64,000 nucleotides of DNA from Vicugna vicugna (Eukaryota): contig MU058781.1 of assembly GCA_013265495.1 (NCBI GenBank), forward strand, positions 4,961,050 to 5,025,049, written 5' to 3'. The notes under the pieces were generated by a model. It did no database searches, was not told the DNA's origin, and saw only the letters and a program-made list of their open reading frames with translations. Made by a program: the position numbers and the translations under genes. Positions 11,591 to 25,589 of the stretch are shown in pieces. The stretch's first letter is position 1. Every line of letters starts with the position of its first letter.

Positions 11591-14500
11591 ATTCCTGTCT
11601 TTACTGTTCATTTTAATTGATTTTCACCAGTTGTATTCTTGAGTATATTAGATACTATTTTGCAATTGCTCAAGAGATGTTTCCTAAAATTTGAAGACTT
11701 AAATGTGGCGTTTCTGAAAAAATTTCCCCATCATCAGGAAAGCAAAATCCACTTGGTATGCAACCAACTTAGTAGATGTTTAATCGGTTGTTAAAACTTT
11801 TATCGGGAGGTTTTAAATTTTTTTTTTAAATGACTTTCCTAAATAAGCTTAAGATAGTTTGATCAGGAAGTTGGCTGTGGTCGTTTGATAGGAGTTGTGG
11901 CTTAATGGTCAAACAGGGACAGTGACATTATATAATAATACTTTTAATTGAGTGTTTAAAAAACACTTTGCTGGTTATCTGCCTCATTTTGTGTCATGTG
12001 TTGTCTCCCCCTTGCCCCCAATTTAGAATTCATATTTCATTTCTTTCCTTTTCCGTTCTCATACTCGTTGTTTTCCTGGATGAGTAGGTTAATTACTTTT
12101 TCTTAGAATCTGTTTGTTTGAAAGGTTGGGGAAAGGGGAAAACAAATCCCCTGAGCTGGCCTTTGTTTACCCTTTCCATAGAATTATAGTTACTTTTCAG
12201 AAACTATCTAGCTGTGTGTATGTAATGAACTGAGTATGGTGGAAAATTAAGAGGAAACAATTAAGAGCGACCACGTGTGGATATTTAAAAATCCTTCACC
12301 AAACTGTACTTTAGATCTGAAATTTGAGATGGGCAGCTCCAAGTCTTTGTTTTCCTCTACCATGCAGTGTCTTCGTTTTAGAACATCCATGGTATAGACT
12401 CTGTGTTAATTTCCATCCCCTCTTTTTCTCTTAATCCTCAGCGCTGTGTCTTAGAAGGTGTCATTGTATTTGTTGTTAGCACAGTTAGCCTGCATGTGTA
12501 GGAAGTGTCTCTGCCAGTGTACTGGACTTTGCACGTTACTCTTTTTAAAGACACTTGAGTGAGTGTAGCCGTGCTAAGCCCTCTTTGTTTCGGGTGCTCT
12601 GTGACAAACATTTGCTCTGCCCCAATTTGAAAAATGCATCATCTCAAGAGAGGGAGTTCAAGGTTTGTTTGTTTGTTTGTTTAATCACATCACGTATTGG
12701 AATGTGTAATAATATTATCCATGTTTACAGACATGAGTGGAGGGTTATGCATCTAGCATCATCTTCACCTGTGTTTGGGGAACAGAAGTCTGTGAGTTTG
12801 GTAGGAAAGGACAACACCCTGTCCTTCAGCTACATGACTGCCCATCACCTTCACCCGTAGGAGGATCTGGTCAGCGTGGGGGTATGATGACAAAGGTCCT
12901 AAGGCTTCATTCTCTTGGGGTGGGAGTGGGGGCCATTTGTCCCTGGCTCCTAGTGCCCTTCTCAGATGACAGTGCTGCTGGCTTCCTCTTTGCCTGGGAC
13001 TGTGTGGCAGCTGTGTGCAAATTAGTCAATTAACTTTAGTTCTCCAGGGCAGAGCAAAAGAGAAACTTGTTCAGGGTGAACTTCATGAAAACATAACCAT
13101 TTCTAATCTGCTTTAATTATTAGCATGCTGGCTACCTTGTTTTACTGAATTAAGGGTACATAACAGCATTTTGGCGGATTATAATCACACTCTGCTAGTG
13201 AAATCCATCAGGGGCATAGTGTAGATCAAGGATTGACAGGTTAGGCTGGATTTAGGGCTGGTGTAGGGTGGCCTGCATTGCAGAAGGGGGTTTTGTAGTT
13301 TACGAATGAGTAGTGTAGTTAGGGCATAAATTTGTTGCAGTGTTGCAGGGTACGTAGCAAATACAAAATAATAACTTTTAATACTTTTTTGGCTTTTAAG
13401 AGCTCATTTGTTCTGATCCCTTGTTGGTACTGAACATAAACATTTAGTATAAATTACTGGGTATGAGCCCTGCCTTCTAAGAACTGGAATCTCAGTTCCT
13501 GGAGCTTGTTGTCAGTTAGTGTCAGACTTCAGTGCTCAGCCTTCCTTCATCTCCCATATAATGTACCTTTTCTAATAGATTGAGGAGTGTGCTGTCTCTG
13601 CTGATGCCAAGCCAAGCCAGGAGTAACTACCTAAAGTGATTTTAAAATGTTGCTTCAAGCACTGGATGGATTGTTGACTAGATGTTACTTTTTGCCTTGT
13701 GACTAAAATTCCCAAAGTCTTGTAAATATGCATGAGAAGAGCATGTTTTATGATGGGCCACTTGCATTCTCTGTTGGCATTTAGACTTTCTAGGAGGGAA
13801 CACACTGAATCCTAAAATTCCAGAGTCGTGATTTATGTATTTGCCTTGGAAAAAGCTCTCTCTCACTCCCTTGCTCCCTCTCTTAAGAGTGATACGAATT
13901 ACTAGCTATTCTTGTACAGTTAATTGCTCTTTCTAGGTACATGTTTTTAGGATCACCAGTTAATGAGCCTTTTGTCTTGATGGGGGAGGGAGAAAGGCAG
14001 GAAATTTATGTGTCTGGCTTCCTTAAGAAAAATTAAAATCTGAGGTGTAAGCTGCGCCAGCCTCAGTTTATCCCTTGCCCTGATTTTCCAGCCTGCAGTT
14101 TGAAGCAATTCCATTTTCTGACTGATGCCTGTAACACGTTTCTTAAGTCTTTAGTCAAAACATCCCATGTGTTTACAATGTGTTATTTTTCTACGGGAAG
14201 CCCCCTACGCTATGTTTGGCCCTGTGTCCTTAGTGCCATTGGTTTTATGTAAGATGGGAATCTTTTTGGTACATAGAAAGCAGTAGAATCCAGAGTTCCA
14301 TAGGATTTATTTTTCTTTATTGAGACAAAAATAGAAGGTATCTCTTTACCTAGCCATTAAATCACTCTGTAAAAGGAAGAGCCAACCTCTAGAAGCTTTT
14401 TGCCTGTTTGAAGGACAGGGCAGCCCAGCCAGTGCAGATCTGAAGGATTCAGTGCTGGTGGGAGTTCCTCAGGGTTGGTTTTCTGTTTCTTTTGATCATT

Positions 14501-15039
14501 GTGGTAGGTAGTTTAACAAATCATTTAAAAATTTCACACATTAATTAGTTATTACTATTTAGAATGGAAACATCAGAGAGACCCTCAGTCTTTAATCAGC
14601 CCCTTCTAAATTTGTTGGTGGCCATGCCTGGCTCCTTAGCTCCTCCCCATTATATGGCTCCTCTCCTTACTCTCGGTTATTGTAAAAATTTGTGTTTCCT
14701 GCAAGAAATATCTGATTTCTAAAAAGGAAACCAGAATGGACAGATGTTGTCCGTCAGGTGTGGCTGGGCTGTGAGAAACACGGGAATGAGGGTTGTGATT
14801 GGGGTGAGGATGGTGTTTGGCTGGTGGAAAGGAAAGTGCAGAAACGTTGGTGATGGTGTACTTTTAGGTGTAAGTACATGAGAGATCCAGGAGGGGTCAC
14901 CTGAATCAACCACTCAGATATCTAGCCACATTAACTGTGTGTCCTGATTTTCCTTCCTCTTGAGGGGTGGAGGGGATAGGTAGGGGAAGTGTAAAGGCAG
15001 TGGTAGTTATCAGGGATGTGTCACAGGGACCTGGCATGT

Positions 15040-15290
15040 GGCACTGTGGTTAATTACGACTGTGGGCTGGAGCCAGACAGTATGATTTCTGGCAAGGCTA
15101 TGTACCCGTCACGTGCTCGTGGGCAGGTTCCGTAACATCTCTGGACCTCAGTTTCCTCATCTGTAATATGTCTGTTGACAGTACTAACCTCTTGGCGGTG
15201 GTTTGGTGTACTGAGCAAGTTAATTCCGGCGGAGCTCCCTGGTGCGTGATGAGTACTGCGTGTTCGGTATTACTGCTTACTGTCATCTGC
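15040..15290 (+). mobile_element. MIR SINE
   Basis: 'gtggttaa...gggctggagccagacag...gggcaggttccgtaacatctctggacctcagtttcctcatctgtaatatg' is the MIR core. Confidence 0.8.
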
Positions 15291-16399
15291 GTATTTGACA
15301 CATGGGTTGCTACATGGGCGCAGGCACGTTCATTGAAGACTTCTCTGATGTGTTTTAGGGAGATTGTGATTTATGCAAATTGTGATTTATCTCTTTTCTC
15401 CACGGCCCCGTCACTGCCACCACCACGACCTGTGGGCGTGTGTCCCTCTTTTTTAAAGTTACTGAGTCGCAGGAAGGACCCTAGTGGTGTAAGGTGTGAA
15501 TTTCCTCCGCAGAGCTCCGTGTGACTGGGTATTTGCTTGCCCGGGGCAGGCACGAGTGGGGTGAGGTTGTAGTTGGTGAAGGTGTTGCCAAGCAGATGAC
15601 ATCTGGGCTGTTCACACATAAGTCATCGCTTCACCTTGGGGCAGCCCCTATTTTGCTAGGTTCTTGCTAAGGTCCCGGACACACTTTTAAAAACAAACTC
15701 CATGACAGTCTACTGAACTAGCTTAAAAAAATAAAGAAAGTACAGACTGTGCCTCTTCAGGGATTCAAGTGTTTTCTTTTTATTAAACAAAGAGCTGCTG
15801 CATTTTAGTTATTTAGGTGTTTGCTAATGTAGGACTTACTGAGCTCGAAGACAGTGAATCCTGCTCTAGGAGTTTGGACTTTGAATTTGGGGAATTACTT
15901 AAAGGGTGAAGACTTGGTGCAGTTCAGATTTCGGGTGTAAATATGTATTGAAGGTGATGGGGCTTTTAACACGTGCTCCTTTTAAAGCTAAATTGTCAAA
16001 TGGTACTGTTTTGCTTATTTATGTTCTGAGTGACTATGTTGACATGAAACACTGTGCTACTCGTGGGAAGAAAGATAGGCCTGAATGCATAAGATTCTTG
16101 CTTGGCAGCACGCAGTGTTGGAAATTGGAGTTACTCAATGTGAACGCCCTTAAGAACTGGAATTGTAGATGCCTAAATAGTTTTTACGTATCCCTTTAAT
16201 AAAATGCGTTAGCAGAATGGTTTAATGTTAAAAGCACTACTAAATTCTAGAGCTATCTTGACTGAAACACGTTTTCCACCTTATAGGAAGTGAAAAATGG
16301 ACAAGACTGAGGAGCTGAATATTATGTGGCACCTTTAATAACCACAGAAAACAACTGGAATTAAGTCAGTGTAGCTGCGTCCAGCCTGCCTGCTCTGCA

Positions 16400-18050
16400 C
16401 AGTTGCCATTTCTGATGGTCTTCTTTCCTTCCCTTAGATCTAAATGTCTTTCTGACATCATCTTCCTTTTGACTTTGCCTGTAGGACTTTAACATTTCTA
16501 GTTTCTGTTGGCTTTGGCTGAATCATTCAGCTTTCTTATGTCTGAGAAGGTCTTTATTTCACTCTCATTAAAAAAAATCATTTATTATTATTATTGTTAA
16601 TGGAGTACTGGGAATTGAACCCAGGACCTTGTGCATGGTAAGCATGCACTCTACCATTGAGCTATACCTTCCCCTAAAGAAAATCTTTTTATTAAAATTG
16701 CAGAATCCCATGCTGTTGTAAGAAATTGACACTCATTTGTGGAAGACACTTTTGCTGGGTATAGAATTCTAGGTTAATAGCCCTGCCTCCTGTACCCTTC
16801 TGTGGGGGTATGTTAAGGTGTAGCTCCACTGTCTCCTGGTTTGCAGTATGCCTGACAAGGCATCTATTAAAGATTTTAAAAAATCTATTCTTCAGTATGC
16901 TTTGGTATAGTTTTCTTTGATTCTTGTGTTTGGGATTCATAGAGCCTCTCAGTTCTGTGGATTTAATCAACCTTGGAAAGATTGAAACCGAGATTTCTGC
17001 AGGTGCTTTTTGCCTGTGTTCCTTCCCCTCACAGGGATTTCATTTGCACATACATTCAGCTGATTAAAGTTGGCCCACAGCTCATTGGTGCTCTGGTCCT
17101 TTTATTCAAGTCTTTTTTCCTCTTTGTTTCATGTTAGCTACGTCCTAACTAAAGTCGGCCGACACGTATTTTTCACCTAAGACATTGTGAGTTTTAGTCT
17201 CTAGAAGTGAGATTTTGGTCTTTTTATTTCCTTCGCTGTCTCTCCTAATGTATCTTAGCCTTGGCTCTACCTTCTTGAATGGAATTACAGTAGATGTTAT
17301 AATATAGAATGGAATTGTAGTAGATGGTTTTAGAGTTTTTGTCTACTAATTCTATCATCTGTGCCACAGTTTGGATTGACTGATGTCCCTCTCCTCAACA
17401 CAGGTCATATTTTCCTGCTGTTTAGCTTGCCTCGTAGTTTCTTACTGGATGCCAGGCATCGTAAATTTTCTTTCCTTGGGTTTTTCTGGATCTGTTTGTG
17501 TTTCTCTCCCTATTCCTGAGCATCGCTCCAGGGCATGATTAAGTTATTAGGAAACTCTGAACCTTTTAAGCTTTGTTAGGTAGGGCCAGAGGGCAGTGTT
17601 TGTGTGGAGTTAAGTTTCCCCAGCTTCCTGTGAATTCCGTGTCCCGTGTTGGCAAGGCCCGTTGCCAACCCTGTGTGGGGTTTGGGGGCCGCTCCCTCTA
17701 ACCCTGTCTTGGAGTATTTTCCTCACATGTGAACGAGTAGTTGAAGAGGGTCCTCACCGGATTCCAGGGCTTTCTGGGTGACTCCTGCCTGTCCAGTGCT
17801 CTGACCCACATGCAGTTCAGTCATGTGTGGGGCAGAGTACTAATTCTCAGTTCCTTCTCCTCGACTCAGGGATTCCTCTTGTTTCCCCACTGTGTGCTCT
17901 GGCCCGGACATTCTCTCCAGGCAGTCACTTGGGCAATCATTTGTTTCCCAGGGACCACTGTGCTTTGTTGTGTGATGCCCATTGTCTGGTGTGGAGTTTT
18001 AGTTCTTTCAGGCAGGGGGATAAATCCTGTCCCTTAACTAGAAGCCGAAG
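16400..18050 (-). mobile_element. Ancient L1M LINE fragment (ORF1/5' region), antisense to JARID2
   Basis: 'tctgagaaggtctttatttc', 'ttttgctgggtatagaattctaggtt', 'ttactggatgccaggcatcgtaaatttt' are typical antisense L1M strings; boundaries approximate. Confidence 0.65.
16580..16674 (-). mobile_element. tRNA-derived SINE, Vic-1-like (camelid), nested in L1M
   Basis: Reverse complement ggggaaggtatagctcaatggtagagtgcatgcttaccatgcacaaggtcctgggttcaattcccagtactcc with A and B boxes and AT-rich tail; TSD taaaaaaaatc (16569-16579) / taaagaaaatc (16675-16685). Confidence 0.85.
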
Positions 18051-18384
18051 TTCTTCTCTGTTCTTTGAATGTTGACCGAATGAGACTGAGAGAGAAGTGC
18101 ACCGCAGGAAGCGTAACTACCGTGTTTGCGCTTTGTCTTAGTCACAGTCATAACCTTACGTTTAATTAGTCATCAGAAAAGAAAAAAAAAAGTGAATTGC
18201 GTAAGTAGGCCCTGATGCAGTGTAAAAGAAAATTTCAAAATAAGGAAGCAATTGACCTATAAATAGAAAATTTCACTCCATAAGAGAGGGTGCGCCAAGT
18301 GGAAATCCATCCTTGATACTCTGTGAGGCTCAGAACCCCTGTGTCTAGAAGAGGAAGCATGTTCCCTTAGTGAACATAACACAT

Positions 18385-18566
18385 TGTGCTGATAAATCTT
18401 ACCTTAATCCTTAATGAAACGCCTGAAAGGCTTTAGCCCTGTTTTAGAGCTGAGTCAACAAATGTTCAGAATGCTTCCCCACTGACACGTTTCTTATGCA
18501 CAGCGAAGTCACGGTTTGAGCCCGTCTTCAGACCTGTAATCCTGGGAAGTCTCCCACTACAGCACG
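18385..18566 (-). mobile_element. MIR SINE (degenerate)
   Basis: 'ttaatccttaatgaaac...tagccctgttttagagctgag...ggtttgagcccgtcttcagac...cccactacagcac' resembles antisense MIR. Confidence 0.55.
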
Positions 18567-21500
18567 TCACCTTGCATCGAGAATATCAGACCTAGTATTT
18601 TCAGATATCAGCTGGACAGAGAATGCCAGAAAGGCGCTCCTTTTGGGCCAGCAGTACCTGACTTGGCGAGCTGGACCATGGCTGGGTCACAGTGCCTCTT
18701 GTCCCATCAGCTGAGCACCTTTGTGCAATGGCCACCTTGTGGCCCCTCAGATCATACAACCTAGTAAATGCCCTCTTCTCTGCCAGGGCTTGTATTCCTT
18801 CTTTAAGAAGTGAAGGTTTGTCCTTCATTATAACCCAAGCAGTAGATAGAAAATGGACAAAACTTGTTTATTTTGAGCAAAGCACGTTTTGCTTTTGAAA
18901 TGATCTCTGGAGTCCTCCAGTATTAGAAGTTAGAGGTCCTGCTTTCTTGCAGAAGGACGCTGGGCAGAGTGAGAGCATCCTGGCTGTGAGAACTGTCAGG
19001 CCCTCACTGACTCTCCCATTTCAGGTGACTGTTCCAGGTAGATCTCTGATGACTGTGGTTTTAGGGGGTGGTTCCTGCACGCCTCCGGGAGAGTCCTCTT
19101 TCACTTTTCTTTTCATCTAGTCAGGGGGCTTGAGGGGCTGCTCGCCTCAGGTACCTACCTGCTCCTGGATCTGCTTCCCCTGACCTGCTGTTTGAGTTTG
19201 GGGTAGAGTTTACATCCCTCAGCTCTACCTTAACCTTGTTTTCCCAGATAAAATGGCCGCCAAGGTGACCCTGAGGGTCAGGTGACTCAGGGCTTGCGGG
19301 GGCATCTCCAGTTGTGCCAGAGGTTCTCTCTGGCTGTGGACACACACATTCTGTTGGCTGCAGGATGGCACAGGCCAGGGTTGTGGTTGGAGACATATCC
19401 GTTCCCTGCAGGAGCCTGGCCAGGGTGTCTGCAGAACCACAGAAGCTACTCCAGTAAACAGAACGCACGACTGGTTTTGCACATGAACTTATTCGTGGGA
19501 GGTTTATGAGATTCCCCTTTTCCCCTTCCTGTCTTGGAATTTTAACTGCTTGGCAGATTGTTACCTGTGTGGCATGACCAGGGGTTTCAAGACTATCTTT
19601 TGCGTTGCTTTGTTTTACAGGAAGCAGGTCCTTTTTCTGTCCATGAAGCATCTTGTGGAGTCCCTCCCCACACGTATCTTCTTTCTCACATGCTAGACCC
19701 TCTTGTCGGTGCGTGTGAATGGTGTCTGAAGGCACCGGCAACCCCCTTTATGGAATAAAGGTACAGCCCAGTCTCGGATTAGAGGAGAGGGAGCTGAGAG
19801 ACTTGGTGTTTTAGGGGGTGGGGTGTAGCGTGGCTGCTGGAGGAAGCAGAGGGTGGATTTTGGAAGAATGTGGAACTGGGTTCCTGGGTGACTGACCAAA
19901 CCTGGGCTGGTATTTTGAGGTTCCGTTTATGGAATATGCATAGTTTGGTTTGGCTTAAATGGAAGGATGGACTGCAGATTCCCTTTGGAATGTTTTTTTC
20001 TCTACCCTGTGTCTCTAGCTTTAGCCAGGGCCCACTGATACACCCAGCTGGGGCGCGTAGCTTCTCTGTGTGCTCGACTTCACCCTGGGCTGTGTCCCAC
20101 CTGTTACCCTGGGTCGGGGTCCAGGGCTGCAGGAGCTGGGCCGGCTTGTGATGGCCCAGAGCCCATTGGCCATCCTTGTGAGGGCCTGAGCCTTGACCCA
20201 CACAGTTCTTTGTGCTCTGTAGCAGGCTGCTTCTGCAGGGCCTCATCTGCTTCGGTGCTTGGGACAGGAGGGCTGGAAGAGGGCAGGGTAAGGGCACACG
20301 TGGGTGTTGAGGCAAAAGTATCAGATCCCAGTCCAGATTTCTATCTTGTAGAAGCATCAGGATTGACACAGTACTGTAACTGATTTAGGAAGTCACCTGT
20401 CCAGAGAACAGACCGCACCCACCCCCCCATCACCTGTCCTGGGCCCGCAGAGTCTGGGGGGAGGGGCCGGCAGGAGCTGTGCAGGCTTCGAGTTGGACCA
20501 GCCCAGCTAGGCAGCCTTGCAGTAGCCCACAACCCAGGCAGTTCTTAGGATTAAACAGGATAACGTAGCTCAGCAGTGGATCGGTGCCTGGTAGGCTTTA
20601 GCCTTGGTCCCCAAATCGGTCTAAGACAGGATGTGCTGAGAGGCAATGAATCCGTACTTGTTGAATGCATGTTGAGTGATAGCATTAGCTTCTTTCGATT
20701 ATAGGAGGGAACAGGCTCCCTGTCTTCACCTTACTAAATGAACAGCAAACCCCAGTCGTGATCTCTTTCTTTTTTTAGGTCAAAGGAAGGGTAGAATTAA
20801 ACATAAGAGGTTCTTGACTAATTAGAAGGGAGATGAGGGTACTAATCGAAAAGCTGTTACTGTTGTCTGGTTTTTATTAGAAGACTTTCAGAATATATTT
20901 CCATCAGCTCCATCCTTTCTTGACTTTTAAAGTTATCATGGAATTTCCATCTTTAAGTGTCTATTAAAGCACCACCTGTCTGGCCTGGGTAATCTGGAGT
21001 GGGGTAGCACCTTGCTGTATTTGGAGTAACACAACGTAGGAGTGTAAAGCAAGGAGAGGTGGAGCTTTCTGGCATTGTGCAATTTATTTTAAAATTTACT
21101 GTTAATGCTTACCTTCCTGGAATTGTGCATTAAGCTTTCTCATTAGTGAAACTGGGCTTCTCTTTGCTTAATATGTTATTTTTCCTACTAGAAAGGGATT
21201 CTGTTTAGAGAAGTCTTCATAGATACTCAGTTCTTCAGCACGAACACACTACCCTTCTAAGAGGTGAGCGCACGTGGGTCTTAGTGTGAAGGAAGGAAAG
21301 GGAAACGCAGGGCTGCCCCAGAGCATGTGTGTCCTCTGTAGGGTAAGAGATTGGCAAAATATCTTTGATTTAATTCGCCATTAATTATTGCCAAGGGCAA
21401 AGTTTTAGAGACTTGTGGACATGGGCTGCTGCTCCTATAATTTGGCTAAGGTTCCTGGTAGTCGCACAGGCTTTGCCACGTGTATTTGTTTAAGGAAAAT

Positions 21501-23514
21501 GGTGGAACTTCATTTGAGGCAGTTTTATTACTGCTGTGGCCGTTTCCTTTTCCTGTTCCCTCTGAGGTCTGATTGCAGGGATATCACTTCCACCTGCCAT
21601 GCAAATGATGCTCTAGCATGCTTTGTGGTTGCCACGGAAACTGGGTACCAGCTTCTTTGCTTCCTCTTAGATCACATCTCTTTCTCATCTTTTAAACACA
21701 AACATCTCTGTCCCATGCTCTTGCCCTTCTGGCCTTTTACACCCTCCAAAGGACAAACGTAAACACGCCCATGATCTTTTCAGTAGTAACCGACCCTCCT
21801 GGAAACTTACCCATTGGGAAGTCTTCCTTGATGAAACTGAGAGCACGCACAGAGATGCTGGGTGTGTGGGGGTTTGGAGTCACCTCGTTTGTGAAGGGGG
21901 TGACAGCCATTAGTGTCACTTGTGGTTCACATGTGAGTGCTTGCAGGGGTTGTTAGACATGGCTTTTTATGCAGCGTGTTCCTTAATGTCAGCACCTCAC
22001 TTGGCTGCTTAGCTCAATTAAAAGCATTGCACATGGTTGCGACTAAGATGGGAATAGAGTGTTCTTACCACCCCCACCCCCACCCCCGTCTGTTCCTTCC
22101 CTCCCTCCTTCTCCCCCCTCCATTTTTACGGTAGAATTGGCTGGGTGGGGGTGAGGCACTTGGCTGTAGAGATTCTGAAGTACACACTGAAGTACTTGTG
22201 TGTGTGTCGTGGGGGAGAAAACTTTTGTTCGTTTCTGCTATTAGAAATTTAAATAAGCAATCATGATAATAGGTGAGCTTTTCCCCCTTGGAATAAGGTA
22301 AATATCGGGCAAGAATATTTTCTCTCTTGCTTCGATTTAGAAACACAGAATCTTTCAAAGAGTGTCAGCTTCATAAAATGCCTTGCCTTGATCGATCTGT
22401 CCCTCTAGCTTAAAGCCCGTCCCACAGGGTGAGTGTGGATTCGGCAACATCAGTCTCATTTTTTTTAGGCCTTCAGGCTTGAGAAGGGCTTGGCCCTCGG
22501 CTCCCTCAGAGCTGGGATCGTCCTGTTTGTCTCTATGTCCCCAGTGGCTGGTGGAGTATCTGGTATGTTTGCATGTTTTTGTGAAGGTAAACCAATTCTA
22601 AGAATAGCCAAATAACGTGTAAGGAAAGGAAGGCTTCCCAGAGGAGTCGCTATGTTTGAGAAGCATATTTTCCTGTTTAGAATTGTCCAGATCTTTCATC
22701 CCTCTTCTCATATTGCAACATAGGTGTGTGTGTACTTGTGTGTCTGTCTGCCTGTTGCGTGTCTCTGAGGTATTACCCATAGTTATTTGTTTTGTTTTAA
22801 AGGGTTAGGAGCAAACTTTTTGGTAGTGATAGAATACTTTTATTCCTCCCCCCCGCCCCCCGCCCCAACTTGTTTCTCCTCCTCTCTTCTCTCTCTCTCT
22901 AGTTTCATAAATGCTTCCTAGGTCCAAAATTATGCATCCATCTATACCAAAATACAATTTGTAAACTTACTTCTTGGGGCCTGTCTTGTGACCCATCTGA
23001 CTAGGGCATAAGGAAGTGCCTGTTTCTACTTTCACAGCAGCGTCTGGAGTCCTCCAGCTGCCACAGTATAAGGTCACTGAATTTCCATCAGCAATGTTAA
23101 TTAGTGATGCCAAGTGAAGGAGGAAATGCCTTCTTGCCTGAAGGCCCTGTGGTTCCTCCCGTGGTGCTAACTTAAGGTTGACCACAGTTTTCTGGTATCC
23201 TTAGAATTTTGAGATGCTTACGGTGATCATCAAATTCTATGATAATAAGTATTATTCACTCATAATGATGGTGATAAGCATATATTACCTTATCCTCTCA
23301 GGTTTTGGTTTTCTCAGAGGTTGGAGAAGACCTAGCTCTTGTTTATTTGCTTTTGAAGAAAATATGAATAGCATATATGACCATTTTAAAGAAAGCTTTA
23401 ATTATGTAGAACTGGCATTTATGTTAATTCCTGGTGTCTACCATATATAAAACGTAGAAGGATTGAGAACATTTAAAAGGAAAACAAAAACAGGGTCTTA
23501 AAAATGAATCTTTT

Positions 23515-23667
23515 GGGGAGGGTATAGCACAAGGTCCTGGGTTCAGTCCGCAGTACCTCCGTGAAAAATAAACAGATCTAACCACCCCTCCTCCAATTAA
23601 AAACTGTACAAAAATAAAATGTTCTAAAATTTAAAAAAATAACATAAATAGAAAACAGATAAAATAA
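23515..23667 (+). mobile_element. Vic-1-like SINE with internal 28-nt deletion
   Basis: ggggagggtatagc|acaaggtcctgggttcagtccgcagtacctcc plus A-rich tail; TSD-like taaaaatgaatct (23499-23511) / taaaagagaatct (23668-23680). Confidence 0.75.
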
Positions 23668-25589
23668 TAAAAGAGAATCTATGCTGCTGTCCCTGCTTGG
23701 TTTCAGACATAGGTGGAAATGAACGGAGGCCTTTTAAGAGGCTGCTGCTTTCGTATGAAGCACTGTTCTTGTGGAGTATGTAACTGTACTACGGGCAAGG
23801 TGTTCTACTGAATCAAGTAAATTGTTCTTTAATAACAATTAAAAAATGACACGAAGTGATCATTGGCTCTGATGTATTATGATGTAAATCCATTTGGTGG
23901 TTATCGTCTCGTGGGAGGGCCATTTTTGTCAGTGTCTACTTACCTGGGGATGGTAGGACTACTGGGCGTTCTGTCCAGGCAAAGCCCACCTTGGCATGAG
24001 GAATGAGTGGTCTGTAGAGGATGCTCTGAGTAACCGTGAACACTGTTCAGGCCAGTCTTGGGATGGGGTACTTTGTGGTGCCCTGTGGGGTGTTCATTAA
24101 CACTTTTTTTTTGTTTTGTTTTTGTTTTTGTTTTTGGCCTGTCCACTTGGAACTCTACAGATTGGGATTCTCGCAATTGTAAAATATATGTTGTTTTCAA
24201 TCATTCTTTCTCTCGAACATAATTACTGATTTGTTCAGCCTGTTACCCTGCCCCCGAGAGCTGTGTTTGCATCCCTCATGACAGACTGCAGGCCGTTTGT
24301 ACTGTGACCTCCTTGCTGTTCTGGCAAATGCCGCTGTGTAACGTGGACTGGCGTGTGGCCTTTCTGGAGCTTGTAGCTAGCTCCCTCTGTTAGGAATTTG
24401 AGCCACCTTGGCCGTAATTTCTCTCTCGATCCTCATTTCTTAGGACTGTGCCAGTCCGGTCTTGCAGAACGAGGCCTAGATAAATGGAGCCCTTATAGGT
24501 CATCTGAATGTCAGATCATCTGGGTCCATAGATGAGAAACCTAAGGCTTACAGAGGACTGAGGCGCTGGGAATCCTTGTGGTGAGAATGTGTCTTAATGT
24601 TTAAAACAATTTAGAAACCAAAATTACACAGCGATCTTTCCCAGGTTACAGCCGAAATCTGTGTGTCTCCTGAAGGATGCCCTCCTGCTGTGAGTCTGGG
24701 CTGCAGTTTGAAGCAAGAGGAGGGTGAGGCAGGTACAGCTTTCTCTGTGATGGAGATCTGTGTGTTTTCAAGGGCACGAAGAGGGATGCCAGCAGACACA
24801 TGGAAGGCTTGCTCATCGGGCCTTTTGTGTGTCCCTTTCCCTCCTCATCACTACCTCTCCTCCCACTCCCTTTGGTGTGAACAGGTGCTTTCCTGTGGTG
24901 GTCACATCTTTCGGTTCAGATCTTAGGTGGGCAGGACACCCTTGAATCCCTATTTGAGGACAGACCTTTGCTCTTGCCCATCTTTCCTGGTCTCCTGTGT
25001 TTGCCCAGATTTTCAAAATTCATATTTAAAACAATGAAATTTGTATCCAGAGAAGTATTTAAATTAAGACCGCGGATAAAATGTTCTCTTTCATTGAAAG
25101 TGAAGAAACGTACAGTTGTCAGTTTGGATTGTGACACCGCAGATTTCCCAAAAAGGTTCTGTCTCCACTGTTAACCCTGAATCTAGGAACGTAGTAACCG
25201 CTTTTGATGAAATCTCCTTAAGCCAGTAGTTACTGAAGCCATGCCAGTGGGAGTGGACACACCTCTCATATTAAGTAAAACCAGTGGGGAGCCTGTGCCC
25301 AGCATGCCTGGCCAGGTGGGCAGGCTGACCCTGCCGCGAGCAGTGCCCGCGTTATTTTCTGCTAATCAAACTAGGACCTACGGTTCACGTAGCACCAGTG
25401 TAGCTGCCTTTGGTGCTACCTTTGAAAGTAGCATTTATCAACAAGTGAGAGGGTAAATCTAGAATTAAAATCACTTTGCACTGAATCTGGTCTTGTTAAT
25501 TTAAAATATAAAGTAGATCTTCAACGTTGCCTTTATGGTTAAACCAGTCTCCGTGTCCAGTGCTAGGGACAGAATGCTCCTGTAGTTTG

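Noticed and set aside
16601..16674. tRNA gene
   Set aside because: tRNA-like A/B boxes, but the AT-rich tail and TSD mark it as a SINE
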